The notes: a model not told the origin generated them from the letters alone. Shown: positions 11,431 through 24,331, counted from the stretch's first letter. The stretch is DNA of 64,000 bases from Camelus dromedarius (GCF_036321535.1 NC_087437.1:72108001-72172000); one strand, 5' to 3'. Program-made: numbers and translations.

Positions 11431-13397
11431 TGTAAGAATCAGGTTCACATTATCTGTGATACAGCTCAGTTTATTACAATTTTATCGGAACAGTGGATCA
11501 AATGCACATGCTTCTCTGGAGAGAAATAAATGTATAAAAGCGCAAACCAGGAAGTCCAGTCATTATTACCTCAACTCTTCAAACAGGAAATGCTTCTTCT
11601 TAAATTGTTCATGAGCCAGAGATACAGTGGAGGAGAGAGTAGGGGATTTCTCACCTGTGCTTATGGAGGAGGGCAGGAGAAGTGAAAGACCACAGCTAGG
11701 TACATGGTATGGTGGAAGGAAAACAGAGAGGTAAGGACAGGAAAAGAAAATAGAAGGGAACTCCCTTCAGAAGATGTCTTCAGCTTTTGGCAGACTATTC
11801 ACAGTTTTTCTCCCTTCCATAGCTGGTAAGTCTGTCGGGGAAGGTGGGAGAGAGGGTGAAGTGTGTTGGGATGAAGCAGAGGAAGCCATGATGAGAAAGA
11901 TCCCTTAGGTTGTTTTCCACCAGAATTTTTCATGTCTTTTAAAATGCTCAGTTTTATTCTTCTCTTTCCAGTTTCCTTGGCTAACAATTTTAGAATAATC
12001 CTTGCCTGGGGGCCTAATTGTTCTGTATTTCTAACAAATTTCCAGATGTTGCTGTTGCTGCTGGTCTGTAGATCACACGTTGAGGAACAAGGCTTTAAAG
12101 AAATCTTGTGTTTTTGAAAAGAGACACTTGTCATAATTCTTAGACTGCATCTTTGTGCCATTTGCAAAAGAAAAAAAGGAGTCTAAGAACAAGTTTACAC
12201 ATAAATGTAAATCTCCTAATAAGTAGGTATATGCTATTTAAGCCACGTTAGGGGATATATTTTTTAAGCATTCTGGAGGCAGCGTGATGTAGAAAAGTCA
12301 TGGTTGTTCCCTGTGCTCCCTCTTGCTGACAGTGGAGGCTTTGGGTTTGAATGTCTGCTCTGTTCTTTGGGGTAGATTCCTCATCCGTATAGTGGGGATA
12401 GCCATTTCCCTTGACAGACAGTTTGTGAGTACTCAGTCTAGAAGTGCCTCCCACATGGTGGATGCTCAATAAAGATTCGTTTTCTAATCTCTTTCCTATC
12501 TTTTGAAGAATCTCTTCATTTATAAATAACTACCATTTTTACATTCAAGATAACTTAAATTTTTCACCTGTTTATTAATTCTGAGTGTATTCTGACAATG
12601 CATTTTAATTATTAGGTTGTATTGCTGCACATAATTAAAACTAATAATACTTCACTTATCTTAAAAAGTGTTTAAGTGCTTTTGCACTAAACTAGAGTGA
12701 TCTTTTCAGTTATTTTGGATTATCAAGGAAGTTTTCAAAGAAAAATAGTAGGCTTGAGATCAAAATATCTGACTTTGAGACTTAGAGCTGTCACTCACTA
12801 AGATTACCAGGGTTCTTGGAAGTGTGCTTTGTGTTTTACCCATCTTTGTGTAATTCATGGCACCTGTCACAATGCTGCAAATACACTACTGATATTTGTT
12901 GACCACTTATTACATGCCAGACACTTTTCTAAGTACTCTACATGCATTAATTCATTTAGTCATAATAATTCTAAGAGGAATATTATTCCTATTTAACAGA
13001 AATGAAACTGAAGAACAGAGGGGCTAACGGATATATTTTACTTATCTTAGGTGCTGATTTTTTTTTTCACATTTTAACATCTCCAAAATGTATCAGTCAG
13101 ACGTCTATCAGTCAGAGCCCCAGCAGTAAACAAACAACACACTTTAAGTACCTGAGGAGAGTTTAATAAAAGGGTAAACGCTTTACAAAAGTGTGGTTTC
13201 CCTAACCAATAAGAGATAATGCAGGACTCTGTGGCTTAGAACCTCTGAAAACCATTCTACTCCTTGGCCTGAAGTTGCAAGATGAAGGAACCTGAAGAAA
13301 GCAGTGTTTCTGAGAGTGCTGCCCAGAGGACTACGGCTATAGTGGTGAAATGCAGGCAAACCATGACACCCCACAGGCAAGAGATGATATTGAACTC

Positions 13398-13447
13398 CAG
13401 AATATCCTAATTACTTAGAGGTATCCCTTATGGACGGATCATATATA

Positions 13448-13501
<54 letters not shown>

Positions 13502-13623
13502 CAATTATTTTATTTCATCCATTTATTTCAGCTTCTGAAATTAGGTCAGTAAGGTCTGTAAGTTTGCAAACAACTTCTTTTTATTATCCTAAATTAACTA
13601 ACTTGAAAATTCAAGATACAGAC
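13398..13623 (+). repeat. Local duplication, copy B, with an internal (CA)n expansion (~13450-13492)
   Basis: Aligns by eye to 9333-9517 with scattered substitutions. Confidence 0.9.
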
Positions 13624-14696
13624 AAGTGTTGATTATTTTTTTAAAGTATTACAAATCATATTAGGAAACATTCCTGAGGTTCTTTTGTATAACATCATAA
13701 TGTCCATTTTTTAAAAGAAAAAAACTCTAAATAATTTTAAGCAGCACATTGGTCAAAAATTCTTTTGATCAGAATGCTAACATTTGATGTTTTATTTACA
13801 GACTCCTTTTCAAGATGCTTTTGTGAAACATTTAGGCAAAATTTTACTAGAAATTCTTAAATTCTTTAGAGAAAAGTAAAACACCTGAATTTTTCCAGAT
13901 TCCTTTGCTACTTTGAGCAAAAAACATTATTAGCATCAATAATACACTATAGATTAACCTGACCTGTCAATAAGGAATGCAGCTATTAAGGAATTACTTG
14001 TCCTTGTGTTTAAAAGTCTTGAGTCTCCAGTGTATTCTACCCTTGGAGTCTGTGCACGTCTCTCTTTCTTTCTGGACATACTGACTATTATGAGATCCAT
14101 TGTTTCCTGGAAGTTTACTGGATGCAAGTTATCTATTAGTTAATTAAAATGGACTGTCCACTAAAAGTATATTTAATGAAATGGGAAATTCATAGGCAAC
14201 AAAACTTACGATCCTGCTATGCTACCTATAGTATCCTAGTATTTAATACTTACGGCAGATTGGCAAAAATGACCACTACAAAACAGTAGCAACAGCAGCA
14301 ACAAATAGCCGTCATTATTTGAATGTTTATTATTCTGCCAGACGCTGTAACATATGCCTCACAGATCACTTGAACTATCATTTTCTTATTAACAATGATG
14401 TAACTAAATATTGGGAGTAATTGATCATTTATGTGAAAAGAATTTATGTTTTATATGCATATATTTTTTGATATGTCAAGGTACAGCAGTAATTTTTGTG
14501 GGGGGAAATGACATATCATAATAAAAAGCAGGTTTCTCTTTAAAAGTTTAAATAGCTTTTTATTCACAATTGCTTTGCTAACTGGAGTTGTTAAATGAAG
14601 AATAACAAGTACTAAGTTGGATTAATTACTTTTTTCTGTATTTTCCTGCTCCGTAACATTTTTGACAAACAAGAAGATAAAAGAAGAGTGATATTT

Positions 14697-14974
14697 AGAA
14701 ATAGACTCGTAGACATAGAATACAAACTTGTGGTTGCCAAGGGGCGGAGGGTGGGAAGGGATAGTCTGGGATTTCAAAATTGTAGAACAGATAAACAAGA
14801 TTATACCGTACAGCACAGGGAAATATATACAAGATTTTATGGTAGCTCATGGAGGAAAAAATGTGACAATGAATATACATATATTCATGTGTGACTGAAA
14901 AATTGTGCTTTACACTGGAATTTGATACAACATTGTAAAATGATTATAAATCAATAAAAAAAGTTAAAAAAAAA
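14697..14974 (+). mobile_element. Young 5'-truncated L1 3' UTR
   Basis: Near-identical to the 3' part of the L1 at 1679. Poly(A) present. Target-site duplication aagaagagt(g/a)atattt at 14681-14696 and 14975-14990. Confidence 0.92.
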
Positions 14975-14999
14975 AAGAAGAGTAATATTTGAGCTTTTA

Positions 15000-15313
15000 A
15001 GTTTGTTTTAGCTTAGCTCTAGTTGAAATGTGGTCCAAAAAACCCTTGCAAGAAGTCCTCAAGGTTGTTTGTGTTTTCATAATAATACTAACATGTCATT
15101 TGCTTTTTGCATTTAAATTCTCTCAAGTGCATGTTAGTTTTCTAGATGCTACACAGCATATGTTGATATTATTGCTTTGATGGCTTATGGAGTAAGTACT
15201 TTTGTATTTGTATGTATGTGTTTCTACATTTTTCTAAGGCAAGTTCTCTAGGATCCTCAACAATTTTTAAGAGTATAAAGGGATCCTGAGACCAAAAAGT
15301 CTAAGAATTGCTG
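15000..15313. mobile_element. hAT-Charlie (Charlie1-like) DNA transposon end
   Basis: Terminal motif taaagggatcctgagaccaaaaagtctaagaattgctg resembles the recalled Charlie1 end. The element may extend leftward across the L1 insertion. Confidence 0.55.
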
Positions 15314-18049
15314 TTTTAGCTGATAAGAAACAGATATTAGGACACATTTAAGATTGAATTAGTTTTAAGTTTGGTAAATATCCCTTTAGAAAATTATATG
15401 AAGTTATAAAGTACTATCAAATATAAAAAGAACTAATAAATTATACCATTTAGTTTTATTGAATTGGTTATAAATTACTGAGCTCCTTGCCGTGGATTTT
15501 TTTTTTTTTTGAGTTATAACAATCAATATTCATGCAATTCCTGGTGGTTAAGACTCAGACGTTCCTCTATCTTTCGCTGGTTTTGTCTTGTTTTATAAAT
15601 AAATACATATATTTTTATTGACCGCTGTTTAAAATCAACACAAGCAGAACCCTAGTTTTTGTTGATTATTAATATACACAGCCTTCAACCTTAAAAACCT
15701 GCCTTGTGGACAAACACCGTGTGGTTAAGCCAACCAGCCTGTTGCGGTGTTTTGTGATAGCCGTCCTCACAGACAGTACACTGGGATAGTTGGTCTAACC
15801 TGCCTAAGTATGGGTCATGTTTGATGTAAATACTCTTCATTTTTAGCCACAATAAACATTTGAACTATTCCACTTACCCTACTTACGTTTTTATCTTCCC
15901 AAATTGAGATGTTTACTATATCTTTCTCTGAGTTGCTTTTTTTTTTTTCAAGTCTCTGGCTGTTTTTCAAGATACCTTTCTAAGACAATTCTGCTAAATA
16001 TGTTATAAATTAGCATTAACATTTATTGTGGGAATATTTATGAGTGGTGGTCCCTTGGGTATATATTTTTCTCTTTCATTTTTAAAAAACTAATGACATT
16101 TTATTTGGGTGAAGATAAAACATGCTTATTATAAGACATTCGGGCAATACAGAAAAATTTAACTGCTTCAAATTCTACCACTCAAAACAACTACTGTTAA
16201 TATTAGCTGAACACTTTTATATAAATATATGTAAAAAGAAGGAAAGACAAACTATTTCACAAAATTCTTTTATATAAACATGTTACTCTAAATAAAAATA
16301 TTGCATTTATTGTTACTTTACTTTGAGCTGGTAAAAGAAACAGAAGTAATTATTGAATGTGTGATAAAAATGACTCTACCACATACAAAAGTGAACATTA
16401 ATATGAACTACAGTCTGTGAGTGAAAACACTGCATCAACATTGGTGCATTGATTGCAACAAATGTACCACTCTGGTGGGGATGTTGATGGGGGAGGCTAT
16501 GCATGTGTGGGGGTAGGGGGTATACAAGAACTCTTTGTACTTTGTCAATTTTTCTGTGAATCTCAAACTGCTCTTAAAAAATAAGTTTATATATTAAAAA
16601 ATGAGCTTTTCAGAAGCATTATTTTCCGGTGTACCATAATGACATATAAGGCAATCAATAAACCAAAAAACCAAACCAAAAGCACAGCATGCCAAGTAGA
16701 CAAAGCAAATCTGCTCAAGTGTCTATTCCAATGAGTTTGGACTATTGAAAACAAAATGCCTTTACCAGATGAGACACTAATTTCTAAAGGAGTTCTCTAT
16801 GTTAAAAAAAGACTGTGAACAATATTGAGAGGATGATGTAACTGTACATTTAAAAAACTATTTTCACCATCACACAGTGTCTATTGACTCCATGCTATGA
16901 AAGATAAAGAACAACTTTATGCTTCTTCAAACTGCCTTTCCTCCCATTTTCTGACTTGTTGGTTATGTATTATTTTTATATTTTGAAGATTTAAAATATT
17001 TGTGTTTATACATAATTTTCTTAAGTATTTAGTCTTAACTATGTATTTAAATAGAATAATTGTTCATCACCAATCATGACTTTCAATTTTTATTTATATC
17101 TTGTTTGGTGGGACATCAATCTCTCGTGCTTTTTCTGTATGTTTTACAACTAGAGAAGTGTGAGAGGAAAGAAGAAGGATTAAAAGATGAGAGCTTGTAT
17201 CTGCTTTTAAATCCTTTCGTGTCTTCTTTGGTTCTGATCTTCAGGTAAGGTGAAATGGAACCCACTGTAGCTCACCCTAGTCTAGAATATGTCTATCTTT
17301 CTGTCATGCCTTCATTGAATGAGTGGTAGGATCTATCATCTGACAGTGTAATCATGGGGTTATTAGCAGGGCTAGTTTTCATTCTGAGTGAGAAAAAAAA
17401 GAAGGAAGAAATCCTCTCAGGAACAAAGTAAAACAAAACAAAGTTTTATTCATTATCACAACCATTTAGAGACTAATGATTAAATAATATATTGCTAAAA
17501 TGTTAGAGCAGATGTAAAAACTGTAGCATTTAACATAACCAACGGCCTTGCTTGTGGTTCAGATGAAAAATAAGCAAAGAACAGTTTATTCTAAGTCACA
17601 ATGCTTATGATGACCACAATTGACCACACTGTGAAAACCTAATACTTGGCTGGTGTGTATATATTGTATGTGTTTTCATGTGTTTAATGCTATTACATAA
17701 AATGTTTGTGTTAGTGGTGGAAAGGTTTGCAATAAGAATCAACCTGAACAGGAAATTCATGTGAGTAACTATTTCAGTATGAAATATGCACTTTAGAGAG
17801 GTAGGTAAAGAGGATGATGAGAAAGGCTACCCAGAGAACTGGGGGAGAAGTGCAGTGAGGCAAGCTGTAGAGGGTGATGGAGAACCTGGAGCCCCATGCA
17901 TGTCCAAGCAGAAGCAGCTTAAGTCATGCTTGATGAAAAACTGTAAAGTCTCAAAAGTGGCTTTGAAAGTGAGCAGATTTAGGCATATAAGAAATAGGTC
18001 TTTTCCAATGCAAATAAAAATGTCTAACTTTTGAAAACAAAGTCAATAT

Positions 18050-21000
18050 GTAGGATATAACATATTGATATAACATATGCAGGATATAATTATTATAAAC
18101 ATACACAAATTGACAGAATTGAAAGGAGAAATAGGCAACTCTACAATGATAGCTGAAGACTTTAACAGACCTAGTAGACATATATGGAACACTTCACCCC
18201 CCAAACAGCAGAATACCCATTTTTCATGAGTGTACGTAGGACATTCCAGGATAGACTATGTGTTAGGCCACAAAACAAGTCCCAATAAATTTAAAAAAGA
18301 TTGAAATCATATGAAGTACTTTCTCTGACCATCATGGAATGAAACTAGAAAATTCACAAATATATGGAAATTAAACATAATTTTTAAACACAATGAGACA
18401 GAAAAGAAATCACAAAATACTATAAAATACATTGAGATGAATAAAAATAAAAACATAACATACCAAACTTATGGAATATAGTTAAAGCAGTGCTCAGAAG
18501 GAAATTTACCACTGTAAACCCCTATATTTAAAAAGAAAAAAAATCTCAAATCAATAACCTAACTGTACACTTTAGGGAACAAGAGAAGAAGAGCAATGTA
18601 AACCCAAAGAAGGAAATTATAAAGATTAGAATGGAGATAAACAAAATAAAGAATAGGAAACAATAGACAATAAACCCAAAAGGAATTTTTTAAAAAAAAT
18701 CAATAAAGTTGGACAGTTGACTAAAAATTGAGAAAGAAAAAACTCAAATTACTAAAATCAGAAATAAAAATAAGGATATTACTACCAACCTTACAGAAAT
18801 AAAAAGTAGTATCATTTATAGAATACTATGGACAATCATATACCAACAAATTTGATAACCTATATGAAATTGATAAAACCTTAGAAACTCACATATTACC
18901 AAAACTGACTCAAAAAGAAACAGAAAATCTGAACAAACCTGTAACAAGTAAAGAGATTGAATCAGTAATATAAAGCCTATCAACAAAGACAAGCCCAGGA
19001 CCAGATGGCTTCACTGTTAAATTCTATTAAACATTTAAAGAGGAATTAATGCCAATCCTTCTCAAATTTTTTCAATAAATAGAAAAAAAGGAAACACTTA
19101 TCAATTCATTCTATGAGGTCAGCATTACTCTGACATCAAAGTCAGACAAAGACATCACAAATAAAGAAAATTACAGACCAATATCACTTATGAATATAGA
19201 TGCAAAAATTCTCATCAAAATAGTAGCAAACTGAGGGGGAGGGTATAGCTCAGTGGTAAAATGTGTGCTTAGTATGGACAAGATCCTGGGTTCAATCCCT
19301 CGTGCCTCCATTATATATATATATATATATGTATGTATAAATAAATAAACTAATTACCTCATCCTCTAAATTTTTTTAAAAAATGGACAGGCAAAATACT
19401 AGCAAACTGAATCCAGTAGCATATTAAAAGAATTATATACCATGTTCAACTGGGATTTATCCTAGGAATGCAAGGTTGGTTCAACATATAAAAATTAATC
19501 AATGTAATTCATCACTTTAATAGATTGAAGGGAAAAAATTTACACGATCATCTGAATTTATGCAAAAAAAAGCATATGACAAAATGCAACACTCTTTCTT
19601 GATAAGAACATTCAACAACCTAGGAATGAAAGGAAAATTCTGTAACATAATGAGAATTTATAAAAGCTCCATAGCTAACATCATATTTGGTGATGAAAAA
19701 CTGGAAGCTTTATTTTTAAGCTCAAGAAGAAGACAAGAATACCCCTTTTGCTACTTCTACTCAACATACCAGAAGTTCTAGCTAGGGTAATTAAATGATT
19801 TAAATTAAAAGAAATGAAAGGTGTCCAAATTGGAGAGGAAGACATAAAACTATCTGCTCACATATGACAAGATGTTATTATATGTAGAAAATCCTAAACA
19901 TAACACCCCCAAATACAATTAAGGCTAATAAACAAATTCAGCAAAGTTGCAGGAAACAAAATCAACATGCAAACATAAGTTGTATCTCCATATGTGAGCA
20001 ATGAACAATCTGAAAAGGAAACTAAGAAAACAATTTCATTGACAGTAGCATCAACAAGAATAAAATACTGAGTTATAAACTTAATCAAAGAGTTGCAAGA
20101 GTTACACTGAAAACTGTAAAGCTGCTGAAAGCAATTTAAAAATGATCTAACAAAATGAAAAGACATCCTTTATTCATGGATAAGAGACTTAATATTATTA
20201 AAATGGCAATACTCCTCAAAGAGATCTACATATTTAATGAAATCTGTACCAAAAGTCTCAATTACCTTTTTTTAAGAAATGGAAAACCCTCAAATTCATA
20301 TGGAATTGCAACAGACCCCAAACAATATTGAGAGATAAGAATAAAGTTGGAGAAGTGACATTCTCAATTTTAAAACTTTCTACAAATCTACAGTAATTAA
20401 AACAGTTTGGAACTGGCAAAAGATAGACACATAGACCAATAGAAAGAACTGAGAGTCCAGAAATAAAATCATACTCCTATGGCCCGCTGGTTTTCAACTA
20501 ATTGCAAAGACCATTCACTGGGTAGTAAGAAAGTCTCTTCAGCAAGTAGTTCTGGGACAACTGGATCACTGCATGCAAAAGAATAAAGTTGGATTCTTCC
20601 ACGTCATATTCAAAAATTAACACAAAATAGATGAAAAACTTAAGAATGAGCATTAAAACTATGAAACTCTTAGAAGAAAACATCTTTAATACCTTTAGAT
20701 TTGACAATAAGTTTTAGATATGACATCAAGAACACAAGCATCCAAAGAAAATATAGAGAAATCAGACTTCATCAAAATTGTATACAAAGTTTTATGCCAA
20801 AATACACTATCAAAAGAGTGAAAAACAACCCATAAAATGTGAAAAATATTTGCAAATCATACATCTGTTAAGGTTTGAGTATCCAGAATATATAAAATTT
20901 TTTTACTACTCAAAAACAAACAACCTAATTTAAAATTTGTAAAAGACTTGAACAGGCACTTTCCCAAGGAGGTTATACAAATAGCCAACACGCACATGGT

Positions 21001-21220
21001 AAGATGGCCAATGTCATCAGAAACTAGGGAAATGAAAATCAAAACCACAGTAAGATACCACTTTACATTAACTAGTGTACTGCTACTACTACTGAAATGG
21101 AAAACATGTGTAGGCAAGGTTGTGGAGGACTTGGAAATCTCATATATTGCTAGCAGAAATGTGTAGTGGTTCAGTCACTGTGAACAATAATTTGGGAGTC
21201 TTCAATAAGTGAAACATAGA
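18050..21220 (+). mobile_element. Large degenerate L1 ORF2 (endonuclease to reverse transcriptase to C-terminus)
   Basis: aagcccaggaccagatggcttcactg (SPGPDGFT), aattacagaccaatatcacttatgaatatagatgcaaaaatt ([13 protein letters not shown]). Many stops and frameshifts. Confidence 0.92.
19235..19392 (+). mobile_element. tRNA-derived SINE (camelid Vic-1-like) inserted into the L1
   Basis: ggggagggtatagctcagtggta (A box)...gggttcaatccc (B box), AT-rich tail. Target-site duplication aaaata(g/c)tagcaaactga at 19217-19234 and 19393-19410. Confidence 0.88.
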
Positions 21221-21221
21221 C

Positions 21222-21950
21222 AGGGAGATCAAGAGGTACAAGAGGAGGATGCTGAGTTCATGGTTCAGTGACCATAAACACATCAGAAACACAACTACAT
21301 GTGGAACTCTTGCTGAAATCATCATGGAGACTGATAGAAAGGCTCTTCTACAACCAATACTGTAAAGAAAAATCCACATGGAGTTGGTTAGGAAAGATCA
21401 GGTCAGGACCCAATCCCTATCAGGGGACACAGAAGAGGAGGGGGATATCATAGGCTCAGTGGTCCTCCCTAGGGAGCAAGGAGTTTGAGCTACATATTAG
21501 GCAGCCTAGCCTTGGGGTCAGACACCAGGAAGATGAGTCCTCTTAGGTGGTTTGAAAATCAGTGGGATTTACTAGAGGACTGTAAGAAACCAAGACTACA
21601 CTCTCGGAAAGCGTGAGTACATGCTTGTTTACTCCCAGCTTGCCAAAATAGCCCCAGGGGACACCCCAGCCCACACTGGGTACCTGCTCCAGCTCCCCTT
21701 TTCTGGCACTGCTCTCCACTAGGGTTAAGGCTGCCATTACCAAGAAGAGTGTGCACTCTTAGAGGGAATAGAACCAGATCAGACCCGATCCTGCCTCAGG
21801 CAAGTGCAGAGGCAGCCTTTGCCAGCAGGCATGTCCCTGCCCACATTTAGGAGGAGCTAAACTAGTTCCAGGGCAGATATTGATATTGCTGGCAAGTGCA
21901 AAATCATCTCAGGAGCAAGGCACCATACCTTTTGTCCTGACCCAACCTCT
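21222..21950 (+). mobile_element. L1 5' UTR relic (laurasiatherian type)
   Basis: Starts gggagatcaagaggtac...aaacacatcagaaacacaactacatgtggaac, resembling L1 5' ends. No ORF1 follows. Confidence 0.55.
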
Positions 21951-22039
21951 AACCAAGGTGCGCACAATAGGGGAAAAGTAAAACCAGCACAGACATGCAT
22001 CCCCGACATGCATCTTGGACTAAGTATGATGGCCATAGT

Positions 22040-22740
22040 TGCCCATAAGCTTCAGATGTGAAAAACTGCCCCTTGCTGTTTGCTTACCCCATAATCTTGG
22101 TATACTCATTGCTCTCTGCCAAGATATACATCCCTCACTCTCATGTCTAAAGGTCAATCTGGTAGAAGTTACTATCTATGCCATTCTAAAAATAGAGATT
22201 ATTGCTTTCCCCAGGAGGCAACTACCTCATACAGGTTCACCCCTAAAGCCCCTGGGGAGAGGACCTCCCACTCTCCAGTGCCTTCTCCTACTTTTCACTT
22301 CCAGTTTGCCACCACAACCTCCAACCCCGCATCTCTGACCATGATCACCACAACTCCCCCTCCCCCTTGGTCACAAATACCACTAACCATTGCATATATC
22401 TCACTGAACTATCAGTTCATACCCTTCAACAATGTAATTGCTGGACTTGCCACCTTGAACCAAGGAATACACCAAGATATTATTGTCATAAAAAGTATAA
22501 CTCATACTTTCAATACACTTTATAATTCAACCAGGATATTGTTGGAAATCTTGTAGACCTGTTTTCTTGGCTAATACCATATAATGGGAAATTTATTTAC
22601 AGACTGGCCTACAAGGACTCATACTTCTACTTGTTCTCCATTTTACTCTCATAATAAAATATTTTTAAGCTGTTTAGGGCATCTTAGGCATGACTCACTA
22701 GAAGTCTTTTATTTGGGCCAAATACACCATACAAAACTGA
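22040..22740 (+). mobile_element. Possible ERV internal 3' remnant (env-like) next to an LTR
   Basis: A Pro/Thr-rich then hydrophobic degenerate frame (...LQTGLQGLILLLVL) lies directly upstream of an LTR. Confidence 0.35.
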
Positions 22741-23237
22741 TGTGAAGATCAATGGGTCAATTTTAATACATTTTAAAATTTTTCAAAAATGCTGTCTAGA
22801 CCCAATTTTGAAGCCCTAACTGGAGGATGGTGAGTCCCCTTCTTGAGCAGCTGATTAAGTCCACACCCCAACCACTTTCCTTATCTGGGCTGTCAGACTC
22901 CAGGCTACTGCATACACACCTTCGTCACCACAAGGCCAAGTACTAGACCACTAGGAAGAAGTCCATAGACAATTATGTACAGGAGCTTGGAATATTATTC
23001 AAATTAGTCAATCCCAGACCTCTGGAAACCCAACCCCGTCTATCTTGTGATACATAAGTTTCTCTCTACTGTTTCAGCTTAGTGTTACTCTGTCTACAAG
23101 TGCAATCCCTGTGAGACCCTATATGGCAGCCTTCTCTTCTTTGGAGCTGTAAGAAACATAGAGTTCTGCCTATCATCCATTCAAGTGTCCTTGTGCTGTG
23201 TCCCAACATCAAAAGAATCTTTAAATCTCCTAAAACA
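22741..23237 (+). mobile_element. ERVL-type LTR (MER54/MER74-like)
   Basis: TG...CA ends; gagcagctgattaagtccacaccccaaccac; terminal atcaaaagaatctttaaatctcctaaaaca. Confidence 0.6.
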
Positions 23238-23558
23238 GGAAGAAAGAATCTGTTCCTTGCTTCTCCCTTACCTTCTACTGGTTTGTTGAAAATCTTTGGT
23301 GTTTGCTGGCTTGTAGAAGCACCACCTTGATCTTTGTCATCATCTTTACATGGTGTTCTCCCTGTATGCATATCTGTGCCCCATATTCCTCTTTTTACAG
23401 TGGCATCAGTCATTAGATTAGGACCCAACCTACTCTAGTTGGGTCCATCTTAATTACATCTGCAACAACCCTATTTCCAAATAAGGCCACATTCTGAGGT
23501 ACTGGGGGTTAGAACATCAACATATGAATTTTGAGGAAACACAATTCAACCTATAACA
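23238..23558 (-). mobile_element. MaLR LTR (MLT1B/C-like), partial
   Basis: ccctatttccaaataaggccacattctgaggtactgggggttag...cacaattcaacctataaca. Confidence 0.85.
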
Positions 23559-23559
23559 G

Positions 23560-24030
23560 GAAGTATTTATTAAAGCCACACATATGTTTATCCTAGGATC
23601 CATCTATTTTATTCCTTGGTATACACGCAAGAAAATGAATGCATAAGTAGACCAAAAGATATGTACAGAACAAAAGTGTTCATAGAAGCTTTACTTATGT
23701 TAGTCCCAAACTGGAATAATCTAAATCTATAGAGGAAAGAAAGAAATAAGTTATGGCATATTCATTAAAAAATTCTACATGGTATTAAAACATGAACCAT
23801 GTAACAATTTTATTTATATGCAGTTCAAAAACAGGCAAAATGGTGACAGAAATCAGAGTAGCACTATCTTTGAGGAAGGGATATTGAAAGAGAAGGAGCA
23901 TGAAGGAAATTTCTTGAATGATGAAAATGGTCTTATCTTGGTTATGGAGGTGATTATCTAAGTGTGTACATGTATAAAAAGTCATCAATCTGTAAATTTC
24001 AGATTTGTGCATTTTGCCATATATAACTCC
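23560..24030 (+). mobile_element. Old L1 (L1MC/ME-like) 3' fragment upstream of the CD200R1L-like exon 1
   Basis: gtgttcatagaagctttactt...cccaaactggaataatctaaat; ggagcatgaaggaaatttcttgaatgatgaaaatggtc. Confidence 0.6.
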
Positions 24031-24331
24031 TAATTCCTAAAATGGTAATTCTTAAAAGAATTGCTATATAATTTATCTCATCACCTCAGTACTGTGGGGA
24101 AAACCAATGAATAGTAAGCATTGGCTGTTTTGATTTATCACTCAGCAAAACTCACAGACGTTTCTTGTCAGTGGCTAATCGGCCAAAAGCATACAGAACA
24201 GAAATGAACCTAAAGCAAAATGGCAAAGAAAACTGACACACAACCCTCTTGAACCGAGTGTAAACAAGGTGACCAAAGGAGTCACTGATTTACAGTGGAT
24301 TAGCATTAAAGTAGAAAACCAGCCACCCCAA

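Noticed and set aside
17150..17250. Strong donor-like site ttcag|gtaagg at 17245 as an upstream CD200R1L exon
   Set aside because: No CD200R homology or signal peptide in any frame I read. A non-coding exon cannot be excluded without RNA data.
19235..19310. tRNA gene (also at 62207)
   Set aside because: A and B boxes are present but the cloverleaf is degenerate, and AT-rich tails and target-site duplications mark these as SINEs.
19560..21166. Reverse-transcriptase-like ORFs as an active element or domesticated gene
   Set aside because: Heavily interrupted L1 ORF2 with many stops and frameshifts.
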